DNA of 64,000 nt from Hyalangium minutum (lineage in GTDB: Bacteria > Myxococcota > Myxococcia > Myxococcales > Myxococcaceae), in the NCBI RefSeq assembly GCF_000737315.1, contig NZ_JMCB01000034.1, positions 68,346-132,345 of the forward strand, written 5' to 3'. The position numbers were made by a program, and so were the translations under genes. Shown one piece after another: positions 1-8,446 of this stretch. The notes below the pieces were generated by a model. It was given only the letters and a program-made list of their open reading frames with translations, had not been told where the DNA came from and did no database searches. Numbering within the stretch: position 1 is the first letter of the stretch; each line of letters starts with the position of its first letter.

Positions 1-1
1 C

Positions 2-1135
2 TTCCCCGTCCAGGTCCACCCGCTCTTCCTCCTCACCGCATTGGCCGCCGGTATCACCGGGTGGTGGACCCCTGGGCGCCTGGCGGTGTGGTGCGGTGTC
101 GTCTTTCTCTCGGTGCTGATCCACGAGCTGGGCCACGCACTGGCGTTCCGGCGCTTCGGCCACGGCGCGAGCATCTCCCTGCACGGGCTGGGGGGGACGA
201 CCTCGAGCACAGGGGGCCGGACCCTCACCCACCGGCAGGATCTGTGGCTGTCGCTGGCCGGGCCCGGGGCGGGCTTCCTCCTGGGGGGCGCGGTGCTGGC
301 GCTCCAGCGCTTCACGCCTGTGGGGCAGGCAGGCGGGCTCGTGGGCTACGCCGTGGGCGCGCTCCTCTGGGCGAACTTCGGCTGGGGCATCCTCAACTTG
401 ATGCCGATCCTTCCTTTGGATGGAGGCCACGCCCTGGCGGCAGTGATCCGTCACCGCGGCGGCAACCGCTACGAGTGGCTCATTCGCGGCATCTCGCTCG
501 CAACAGCGGTGACGGGCCTGGTGCTCGCCATTGTCTGGAGAAATTACTGGCTGGGAGGCTTCGCGCTCGTGCTCGGCGTGCTGAACCTGGAGCCGTTCCT
601 CCGGGCGTGGGTGGAGCGGGGCTACATGCGGAAGATCCGGCACGCCTCCCAGCGCCAGCGCCCCACCGTCGACTCGCACGAGGCCTCCGCCAGCATCGAA
701 GGATTTCTCGCGCAGCTGCGTCCACGCCCGGGTACCTCGCGGCGCACGTCTGCGCCTCCGCCTCCGCCTCCGCCAGCGCCCCAGCGAGCCTCCCACCCCG
801 AGCCGGAGCTCTCCGAACTCCCCCTCGGCTCCCAGTTCATGGGCGAGTGGCTGCTGGGCAACGGTCTGCCGGAGCTGGCCCTCCCGTCGCTGCGGACCGC
901 CTTCGCCGAGGCGGCCACGTCGCAGACGGGCCATGCGCTCGCCACCGCGCTGCTGGAGGCGAAGCGCTACCCGGAGTTGAGCCAGCTGCTCGCCAGCCCG
1001 GGCGCGGCGCACCTGGGAGACGAGACCCTGCAGCTCATCGCCACTCGCGCCGAGGCCGCCGGACAGTCCGCGCTCGCCACCCGGGCCCGCGAGCTGCGTC
1101 AAGGCCGTACCTCGGCTCGCGCGCCGCGCGCATGA
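2..1135 (+). CDS. Site-2 protease (peptidase M50) membrane metalloprotease with C-terminal helical extension; 5' end lies outside the window
   Basis: HELGH zinc motif, NLMPILPLDGGH motif, several hydrophobic helices; frame is open from position 2 (FPVQVHPLFLL...). Confidence 0.85.
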   Translation, partial: FPVQVHPLFLLTALAAGITGWWTPGRLAVWCGVVFLSVLIHELGHALAFRRFGHGASISLHGLGGTTSSTGGRTLTHRQDLWLSLAGPGAGFLLGGAVLALQRFTPVGQAGGLVGYAVGALLWANFGWGILNLMPILPLDGGHALAAVIRHRGGNRYEWLIRGISLATAVTGLVLAIVWRNYWLGGFALVLGVLNLEPFLRAWVERGYMRKIRHASQRQRPTVDSHEASASIEGFLAQLRPRPGTSRRTSAPPPPPPPAPQRASHPEPELSELPLGSQFMGEWLLGNGLPELALPSLRTAFAEAATSQTGHALATALLEAKRYPELSQLLASPGAAHLGDETLQLIATRAEAAGQSALATRARELRQGRTSARAPRA

Positions 1136-1278
1136 CTGCGAGAAGACCGGCTGATTGCCGCACCGCGCCACGTGCGGGGCATTTCCAGACTGGCGGACAT
1201 CTGCCGTCTTGGGAGGCTTGAGTCGACCCGGAGCGGTTGGGGTATAGGGGCCTCCCCACCTTTCTCAGGACCCCCCGC

Positions 1279-2292
1279 GTGTCACGACCCCGCTTGATCA
1301 ACCGCGAAGACGCGTCCGCATCTCTTACGCTCGATCGCGAGCTGCTCGTCCGGATCCACGACTTGATGGTGAAGACGCGCGTGCTCGAGGAGCGCCTCAT
1401 CCAGATGTACAAGCAGGGCCACGGCTATTTCTGGATCGGTGGCCCCGGCGAGGAGGCGTTCAACGTCCCACTCGGCCTGCTGATGAAGAAGGGCCAGGGC
1501 CTGGACTACGACTACCTGCACGCGCACTACCGCCAGTCCGGCACGCTGCTGGCCATGGGCGAGGAGCCCATCGGGGCGCTGCGGCAGATGAAGAACACGG
1601 CCTCGGATCCGTACTCGGGCGGCCGCAACTTCGCGGGCCACTTCTCCAAGAAGGAGTGGAACATCGCCCCGGTGTCCTCGCCCATCGAGGTGCAGTACTC
1701 CATCGCGCCGGGCACGGCCATGGCCCAGAAGCGCCACGGCGGCGACGGCATCACCATCGTCACCGGCGGTGACGCGGGCACGGCCGAGGGCGATTTCGCC
1801 TCGTGCCTGGTGTGGAGCAGCCGCCCCGCCAACCCGCTGCCCATCCTCATCATCGTCACCAACAACAAGTGGGGCATCTCCACCACGTCCGACGGGCAGC
1901 ACGGCGAGACGCGCATCGCTGACCGGGCGCGGGCCTTCAACATCCGCAGCAAGACGATCAACGGCAACGATCCGATCGAGTCCTATCGCGAGATCAAGGA
2001 GGCGATGGACTACGTACGCACCGAGCGCAAGCCGTACATGATCGAGTCCCTGGTGTCCCGGCTGTACGGGCACTCGTCCGCCTCGGGCGCCAACTTCGTG
2101 ACCAACGAGGTGGACTGCCTCAAGGAGTTCGAGGTGAAGCTGGAGAAGGAGGGCATCCTGACGCGCGAGCAGATGGACACCCTGCGCAACCGCTACACCG
2201 AGGAGCTGGCCGCCGCCGCCCGCCAGGTGCGCGACGAGCCGCTGCCGGGCCCCGAGACCATCTGGAACCACATCTACGCGGAGAAGAAGTAA
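1279..2292 (+). CDS. TPP-dependent 2-oxoacid dehydrogenase E1 alpha subunit (probably branched-chain, esg-like)
   Basis: GDAGTAEGDF...NN TPP-binding motif and RLYGHSS loop; GTG start at 1279 with AGGA upstream. Confidence 0.9.
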   Translation: MSRPRLINREDASASLTLDRELLVRIHDLMVKTRVLEERLIQMYKQGHGYFWIGGPGEEAFNVPLGLLMKKGQGLDYDYLHAHYRQSGTLLAMGEEPIGALRQMKNTASDPYSGGRNFAGHFSKKEWNIAPVSSPIEVQYSIAPGTAMAQKRHGGDGITIVTGGDAGTAEGDFASCLVWSSRPANPLPILIIVTNNKWGISTTSDGQHGETRIADRARAFNIRSKTINGNDPIESYREIKEAMDYVRTERKPYMIESLVSRLYGHSSASGANFVTNEVDCLKEFEVKLEKEGILTREQMDTLRNRYTEELAAAARQVRDEPLPGPETIWNHIYAEKK

Positions 2293-2294
2293 CC

Positions 2295-3350
2295 ATGGCC
2301 AACATGGCACAGGCAGTCCGTATGGCCCTGCACTACGCCGAGGAGAACCTCGGTGTCATGGACATCTTCGGTGAGGACGTGGGCCCGCCGCTCGGTGGCG
2401 TCTTCACCGCCACGCAGGGTCTGAAGAACGCGTGGAACTCGCCGCTGGATGAGCGCGGCATCATCGGCACGGCGATTGGCCTCGCGATGGCGGGCCAGCG
2501 CCCCGTCGCGGAGATCCAGTTCGCCGACTACATCTACAACACCATCGATCTGCTGAAGATCGCGGGCAACACGCTCTGGTCGAGCAATGGCGACTGGAAC
2601 CTGCCCATGGTGGTGAAGACGCCGGTGGGCAGCGGCATCCGCGGGTCCATCTACCACTCGCACTCGTTCGACGCGACGGCCACCCACATCCCGGGCTGGA
2701 AGATCGTCATCCCGTCCAACCCGCTGGACGCGTACGGGCTGATGCTCGCGGCCTGCCAGGACCTCAACCCCGTCATGTACCTGGAGCCCAAGGCGCTGCT
2801 GCGCGTGAAGGGCGAGGAGCGCATCCCCGGCGAGCCGGACGACGACAAGCAGCTGTCGAAGATGATCGACGCGCCGCTGGGAGACCGCTCGGCGTGGAAG
2901 GCGCAGTGGCCCGCGCTGCAGCCGTACGTGGTGCCCATCGGCCAGGGCAAGGTGGTGCGCCAGGGCGATCAGGTGACGGTGGTCAGCTACGGCCGCACCC
3001 TGCCCCTGTGCGCCAAGGCGGCCGACACCCTGCGCGAGCAGGGCGTGAGCGCCGAGGTCATCGACCTGCGCACGCTGTGGCCGTACGACTGGGAGCTGAT
3101 CAAGGGCTCCATCGAGAAGACGGGCCGCGTGCTGTTCGTGAACGAGGACACCGAGGTGACGAACTTCGGAGAGCACCTGATGCGCCGCACCGTGGAGGAG
3201 CTCTTCTACAAGCTGCTGGCGCCCCCTCGGCTGCTGGCCGGCAAGTTCGTGCCCGGCATCGGCCTGGCCGACACCCTGGAGATGGCCTCCGTTCCCCAGC
3301 AGGCGGACATCACCGAGGCCATCCAGAAGCTGGCCTCCGAGCAGCCGTAG
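2295..3350 (+). CDS. 2-oxoacid dehydrogenase E1 beta subunit
   Basis: FGEDVG, GGVF, PLDERGIIG, EIQFADY and IDLRTLWPYD motifs; starts 2 nt after the alpha stop codon. Confidence 0.92.
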   Translation: MANMAQAVRMALHYAEENLGVMDIFGEDVGPPLGGVFTATQGLKNAWNSPLDERGIIGTAIGLAMAGQRPVAEIQFADYIYNTIDLLKIAGNTLWSSNGDWNLPMVVKTPVGSGIRGSIYHSHSFDATATHIPGWKIVIPSNPLDAYGLMLAACQDLNPVMYLEPKALLRVKGEERIPGEPDDDKQLSKMIDAPLGDRSAWKAQWPALQPYVVPIGQGKVVRQGDQVTVVSYGRTLPLCAKAADTLREQGVSAEVIDLRTLWPYDWELIKGSIEKTGRVLFVNEDTEVTNFGEHLMRRTVEELFYKLLAPPRLLAGKFVPGIGLADTLEMASVPQQADITEAIQKLASEQP

Positions 3351-3376
3351 GCTCTCCCACATCGGTGTAAATCTTC

Positions 3377-3415
3377 GGGCCGCCGCTCCTAGGGTTGGAG
3401 GAGAGGCGGCCCTTT
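3377..3415 (+). terminator. Rho-independent terminator candidate after E1 beta
   Basis: gggccgccgctcct / aggagaggcggccc stem (13 of 14 pairs) followed by ttt. Confidence 0.6.
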
Positions 3416-3433
3416 CGTTAGACTCCCTGGGCC

Positions 3434-3919
3434 GTGTCCAGCCCTATCGCCAAGAACTCGACGCCCTCGCCCACTCCCGCGACTCCCGCCGCGTTCCGGA
3501 TCCGCAAAGCCCGCCGCGGAGATGTGGAGGCACTCTCCACGCTCCTGCGAGAGCTGGGCTACACGGAGGGCTCGGACACGCAGACGGTCCACTGGGTCAC
3601 CAGCCATCCGGAGATCGAGATCTACGTGGCCTGCGATCTTCAGGACCGGCCCGTGGGCATGCTGAGCCTCTCGCACCGTCCGCAGCTGCGGCTGCGCGGA
3701 CGCATTGCCACCGTGGACGAGCTGGTGGTGACGGAGCCGTGGCGGCGCCGAGGCGTGGGCCGAGCGCTGCTGCTGCACGCCATCGAGCGGGCGCGGGTGC
3801 TGAGTGTGAAGCGGCTGGAGCTGGCGGCCCGCCAGGACACGGGGACTGAAACGGGGCGCTTCTACGAGGCCTGCGGCTTCGTGGCGGACTGCATGGTGTT
3901 CCGCCACGCGGGCTCGTGA
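3434..3919 (+). CDS. GNAT family N-acetyltransferase
   Basis: VDELVVTEPWRRRGVGRALL acetyl-CoA motif A, and RFYEACGF. Confidence 0.88.
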   Translation: MSSPIAKNSTPSPTPATPAAFRIRKARRGDVEALSTLLRELGYTEGSDTQTVHWVTSHPEIEIYVACDLQDRPVGMLSLSHRPQLRLRGRIATVDELVVTEPWRRRGVGRALLLHAIERARVLSVKRLELAARQDTGTETGRFYEACGFVADCMVFRHAGS

Positions 3920-3943
3920 GCCCCAACGGCTGGGGCCCTCGAA

Positions 3944-4306
3944 TCAGCGCTTGAGGCTGTCGATGACGCTCTGGAGCCGGGAGCGATCCTTCTCGCTGAT
4001 GTCCGTGAAGCGAACGCCGATGGCCTCGGACTCATCCCGGACCCAGGCGATGACGCCCTGGAGCTGGAAGGCCTGGCCCTCGACGACCATGTCCATGCGG
4101 ACGGGCGAGCCCACGTCGTAGGCGCGCCGGGTTCGCAGGCACAGCCCACCGGCCGAGACATTCAGTGAGTAGGCCCGCAGGGCCTTGGCGGCCTCCTGCG
4201 TGTCGTTGAAGTGCACCTCGAACCGGGCCGGGACCCGCTCTTCGGTCCGGCGGTTCGCGAGGTCATCTTGCCCCGTGGATCTCACATCAGCGGAGTTGCT
4301 GTTCAT
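3944..4306 (-). CDS. Myxobacterial PilZ domain protein
   Basis: RRTEER and NVSAGG (RxxxR, N/DxSxxG) motifs, GVRF C-terminus. Confidence 0.85.
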   Translation of the reverse strand: MNSNSADVRSTGQDDLANRRTEERVPARFEVHFNDTQEAAKALRAYSLNVSAGGLCLRTRRAYDVGSPVRMDMVVEGQAFQLQGVIAWVRDESEAIGVRFTDISEKDRSRLQSVIDSLKR

Positions 4307-4557
4307 GATGACCTGGGACTCCCAAGAGCAGCTGCGAATCCAATGACAACCTGACCCTAGGGCCTGACTGGCCCGTGCCCATCCCCCGAGCGCAGTAAGT
4401 GTCGACTGTCTCCCGGCCCCTGTTCAAGAGGCCTGCTCCGCACACTTTCCCTCGGTGAACGCAGCCTTTCTCGATTGTCCGGAAGTTCCGAGCACCGGGG
4501 GAACTGCCCGGGTCCGCCTCTTTGGAATCTTTCACCGGCAGCGGGCCATTGCGGCGC

Positions 4558-7227
4558 TCAGCCGGTGTTGCGCATACCGGCGGCGATGCCGTTGAGAGTG
4601 AGGAGGAGCGGCCGGTCCACGTCCTGGTGGCCCTCGCGCTTGCGGCGGAGCAGCTCCACCTGGAGGAAGGACATGGGGTCCACGTAGGGGTTGCGCAGGG
4701 AGATGGAGCGCTGGAGCTGGGGGTTGTGGTCCAGCAACCGCTTCTCTCCGGTGAGGCGCTTCACCCAGCGCCGGGTGCGCGCGTGCTCGGCGCGAATGCG
4801 CTGCCAGAGCTCGCGCGTGGACTCGGGAGCCAGCGTCGCGTAGCGCGAGGCGATGGTGATGTCGCTCTTGGCCAGCACCATCGTCACGTTGTCGATGACC
4901 ATGCGGAAGAATGGCCACTGGAGGTACATGCGCTTGAGCAGCACCAGTCCGTCCGGCTGGGCCGCGAAGGCCTCCAGCGCCGAGCCCACGCCGTACCACC
5001 CCGGAAGAATGGCGCGGTTCTGCGTCCACGCGAACACCCAGGGGATGGCACGCAGGGATTCCAGCCCTCCGGCCTTGCGCTTGCTCGGGCGCGAGCCGAT
5101 GGGCAGCGCGGAGATCTCCTCCACCGGCGTGACGGCGGTGAAGAACTCGACGAAGCGAGAGTCCTCCCACACGAGGCTGCGGTACTCGCGCCGGCCTGTC
5201 TCCGCCAGCGTGTCGAAGGCCTCGCGGAAGACGGCCTCGTCCTCCGGCGCGGGCCGGGGCTGGGCATCCATCACGTGGAGCAGCACGCCGCCCAGCGCCA
5301 GCTCCAGTGTGCGGCGGGCCAGCTCGGGACGTGCGTACTTGTGGTCCAGCGCCTCGCCCTGCTCCGTCGCCTTGTAGCCACCCGCGAGGCTCCCTCTGGG
5401 CAGCGCGAGGATGGCCTGCTGGGCGGGACCGCCGCCCCGGGCCACGGACTCGCCGCGGCCGTGGAAGAGGCGCAGCGGGATGCCCTCCTCCTTCGCCACC
5501 TGGGTGAGCGCCACCTGGGCGCGGTGGAGCGCGGCGGCGGCGGCCAGCAGCCCCACCTCCTTACCCGAGTCGCTGTAGCCCACCATCACCTCCTGCACAC
5601 CTCGGGCCTGCACATGGCGGCGGTAGGTGGGGTCTGCGAAGAGGGTCTTCAGCACCTTCGGCCCGTCATTCAGAGCGCCGAGCTGCTCGAACAACGGGAC
5701 AATGTCCACGGTGGCGCAGCCGCGCTCCGCGTCCCACAGGCCCGCGTGGCGAGCACAGCGGAACGCCGCGAGCACATCCTCCGCGGTGCTGGCCATGGAG
5801 AGGATGAACGTGCGGCACGCCACCTCACCGGACTCCGCCTGGGCCTCGCGGACGCGATCCAACACTCCGAGCAGTCGGGCACCGCCCTCGGAGGGAGCTG
5901 GCCCTCCGGACAGCGAAGCATTGGCGCTGATGGCGTCCTCGGCAGGGACGCGGAACTCGAGCTCGGCCAGGTGGAAGCCCATGGAGTGGACGCGGTCCAT
6001 CACGCGGCGCACCTGCCTCACGCCAGCACGCTGGGCTTTCACCTCATCGAGCGTGCGCTCGATGAGCTCCAGATCCTTCAAGAACGCGGCGGGCGAGCGG
6101 TAGGCCACGGGGGACATGGGCTCGGTGCGCCCTGCGCGTTGCCCCTCGACGTACCGGAGCGCGAGCTGGAGCCGGGCCTCCATGAAGCGCAGCTTGCGCC
6201 GCCACGGCTCGCCCGCGGTGCGTGGCCCCTGGCGTCGGGCCACTTCGGGCAGCTCCGCCCCATCCCGCTCAAGCGAGAGGCGCAGTTCCTCGGGCGTGGG
6301 GGCGTGCAGATCCGACTGGGACAGGGACACGCCGAGCGCCTCCACGTCGCGCAGCAGCATGCGCAGGCCGCGGGCGCGGTGGGCGCGCAGGGTGTCCTCA
6401 AGCACCTCAGGCGTCACGAGCGGGTTGCCGTCCATGTCCCCGCCTACCCACGAGTGCAACCGCACGGGCGTGGGAATGGGGCCGAGCGGCTCGCCATAGG
6501 CGCGCTCGAAGGCCCAGGAGATGATCTCCGGCAGGCGTGCGAGCTGGTCGGCGAGCACCTCCTCCACGTACCAGAGGACGTTCTTTACCTCGTCACCCAC
6601 GGTGGGGCGCATGCGCCGCAGCTCGTCCGACTGCCAGAGGGCGGTGACCTCCTCGCGCACGGACTCGACGTTGTCGGCGAACTCCTGGGGCGTCAGCGAG
6701 CAGCGGTCCCGCTCTTCGAGCGCCCGCTGGATGCGGTAGAGCTTCTCCAGCAGCGTGCGCCGCGCGGCCTGGGTGGGGTGCGCGGTGAGCGTCAGGGTGA
6801 ACTGGAGCGAGAGCAGGGTCTGACGCACGCGCTCCTTGGAGATGCCAGCGTCACGGAGCGTGAGGAAGGCGGCCTCGAGCGAGCCGCGCTGGGGCAGTGC
6901 CTGCGTGTCGCTGGCATGGGCGCGGAAGCGGCGGATGCGGTGGTGCTGCTCGGCGAGGTTGACGAGCTGGAAGTAGACGGAGAAGGCGCGAAGCACGGGT
7001 TCGGCCTGCTCCAGCGGGAGTTTCTTCAGGAGCGCGGTGAGCTCAGAGGCCGCGGACTGGCGGCCCTCCTTGGGGCCTCGGCGGCGCCGGATGGAGAGGT
7101 TGCGGACTTGCTCTTCGAGTTCGAAGAGCTCCTGCCCCTCCTGCTCAATGATGACCTCTCCGAGCAGGCGGCCCAGGACACGGACATCTCGGCGGAGTGC
7201 TCGGTCTGCGGAACGGGTACGTGCCAT
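4558..7227 (-). CDS. ppc: Phosphoenolpyruvate carboxylase
   Basis: TAHPT, VMVGYSDSGK, FHGRG, TEQGE, LRAIPWVFAWTQNR, RNPY and GMRNTG C-terminus; likely start ATG 7227. Confidence 0.95.
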   Translation of the reverse strand: MARTRSADRALRRDVRVLGRLLGEVIIEQEGQELFELEEQVRNLSIRRRRGPKEGRQSAASELTALLKKLPLEQAEPVLRAFSVYFQLVNLAEQHHRIRRFRAHASDTQALPQRGSLEAAFLTLRDAGISKERVRQTLLSLQFTLTLTAHPTQAARRTLLEKLYRIQRALEERDRCSLTPQEFADNVESVREEVTALWQSDELRRMRPTVGDEVKNVLWYVEEVLADQLARLPEIISWAFERAYGEPLGPIPTPVRLHSWVGGDMDGNPLVTPEVLEDTLRAHRARGLRMLLRDVEALGVSLSQSDLHAPTPEELRLSLERDGAELPEVARRQGPRTAGEPWRRKLRFMEARLQLALRYVEGQRAGRTEPMSPVAYRSPAAFLKDLELIERTLDEVKAQRAGVRQVRRVMDRVHSMGFHLAELEFRVPAEDAISANASLSGGPAPSEGGARLLGVLDRVREAQAESGEVACRTFILSMASTAEDVLAAFRCARHAGLWDAERGCATVDIVPLFEQLGALNDGPKVLKTLFADPTYRRHVQARGVQEVMVGYSDSGKEVGLLAAAAALHRAQVALTQVAKEEGIPLRLFHGRGESVARGGGPAQQAILALPRGSLAGGYKATEQGEALDHKYARPELARRTLELALGGVLLHVMDAQPRPAPEDEAVFREAFDTLAETGRREYRSLVWEDSRFVEFFTAVTPVEEISALPIGSRPSKRKAGGLESLRAIPWVFAWTQNRAILPGWYGVGSALEAFAAQPDGLVLLKRMYLQWPFFRMVIDNVTMVLAKSDITIASRYATLAPESTRELWQRIRAEHARTRRWVKRLTGEKRLLDHNPQLQRSISLRNPYVDPMSFLQVELLRRKREGHQDVDRPLLLTLNGIAAGMRNTG

Positions 7228-7323
7228 GACGCACTGCACCCTAGCGCCATCCCAGCGGGGACGGTCCAGAAAGCAGCGTTATCGCACAGCAACGGACATC
7301 CAGGCCTGCCCCATGGGGCCTCG

Positions 7324-7926
7324 CTAATCGCGCTTCACCAGCACGCCTTCCCCAAGGCTTGCGACCCGGCCATAGAAGGTTTGCAGGCCTTGGAAGTCCT
7401 CGACCACCCAGTCCCACTCCTGCTCATCGGTACGGTCCGCTCGGAACTTGTAGACGGCAAGCTCCTCCATCCGAGAGGGCTCCCAAACCCGTCGCAGCTC
7501 ACCTTCCGTGATGGAGCGCAAGTGCTCCGCAATGGCTCGGACGACTGCCGGGGGTGAGTAGCGCAGGTGAATCCCCTGCCCTCCGGTGAGATGATTGGCC
7601 AAGCGGCTGGCACCGAGAATGGCGTGTGTCCCCCAATCGTCCGCGTCAAAGCGGCCGTGCCGCCGCTCCTCGGACAACAGGTAGTGGAGCTTGTCCCAGC
7701 GGCGGTCCACGGAGCACCTGCGCTGCTCCAGCCCCGGGTGCTTGGCGCACAGTTCCCGCCATGCCTGTGCACACTCGGCCCAGACGCCGCCCCAAGCCAT
7801 CCCTTCGGCGGCCTCCAGCCTCCCACTCACCGCGCTGAAGGCTTCCCCGAACTCGGGATCCCGGATTGCCCGTGCCAGCGGTTCACATGGGTCCGGAAGA
7901 GCCTGGTAGGAACAGTCGATCCCCAT
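7324..7926 (-). CDS. DUF1877/YfbM-like protein
   Basis: MGIDCSY start, VDRRWDKLHYLL and IHLRYSPP resemble YfbM-family motifs. Confidence 0.6.
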   Translation of the reverse strand: MGIDCSYQALPDPCEPLARAIRDPEFGEAFSAVSGRLEAAEGMAWGGVWAECAQAWRELCAKHPGLEQRRCSVDRRWDKLHYLLSEERRHGRFDADDWGTHAILGASRLANHLTGGQGIHLRYSPPAVVRAIAEHLRSITEGELRRVWEPSRMEELAVYKFRADRTDEQEWDWVVEDFQGLQTFYGRVASLGEGVLVKRD

Positions 7927-8034
7927 GGGATGGACAATATCCCCCCAAGGGGTCAGGGCCATCGCCCAGCAACGACTCCCGGCCTGAGAAGCGGTGAGCT
8001 ACGCTCCGAGGAGCCACTTCGCACGGAGAGGACC

Positions 8035-8442
8035 ATGAACAGAGAGCTGTACATCGTCCTCTACCTGGGCCTGGGGTTGATGGCCCTCTGGGTGTTTTTC
8101 CTCGTGCGGTTTCTGCGACTGCGCAGCAAGGGGCTGATCGTCCAGGGTGTGATCGTCCGGCACGAGTCTCGAAAGTTCACCCTGCGCGGCATGACCGTCC
8201 TAGACCCTTTGGTGATCGTGCGCTTCACTTCCCCGCAGGCTGGCGAGATGGAGTGCCAGATCCAGGCAGCCACCCACCTACCGAGGTTCCAGGTCGGCCA
8301 GAGCCTCTGGGTGAGCCACGATCCCGAGAAGCCCGAGCAACTGGGCCGCAGCATCGATCAGCTGCTGATGCCACCGTTCATCTGCGGGTTCTTCGGAACC
8401 ATGATGCTGCTCGTCTACGTGGTCAAAGCGCTGGGATTCTGA
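8035..8442 (+). CDS. DUF3592-like small membrane protein
   Basis: N-terminal TM helix, beta-rich OB-like middle (VGQSLWVSHDPEKPEQ), C-terminal TM; GAGAGG upstream of ATG 8035. Confidence 0.6.
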   Translation: MNRELYIVLYLGLGLMALWVFFLVRFLRLRSKGLIVQGVIVRHESRKFTLRGMTVLDPLVIVRFTSPQAGEMECQIQAATHLPRFQVGQSLWVSHDPEKPEQLGRSIDQLLMPPFICGFFGTMMLLVYVVKALGF

Positions 8443-8446
8443 ACTC

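Noticed and set aside
750-780. gcctcc short tandem repeat
   Set aside because: Encodes an in-frame poly-Pro linker; not a phase-variable tract.
4522-7557. 1011-aa plus-strand ORF
   Set aside because: Antisense to ppc, which carries all the PEPC motifs.
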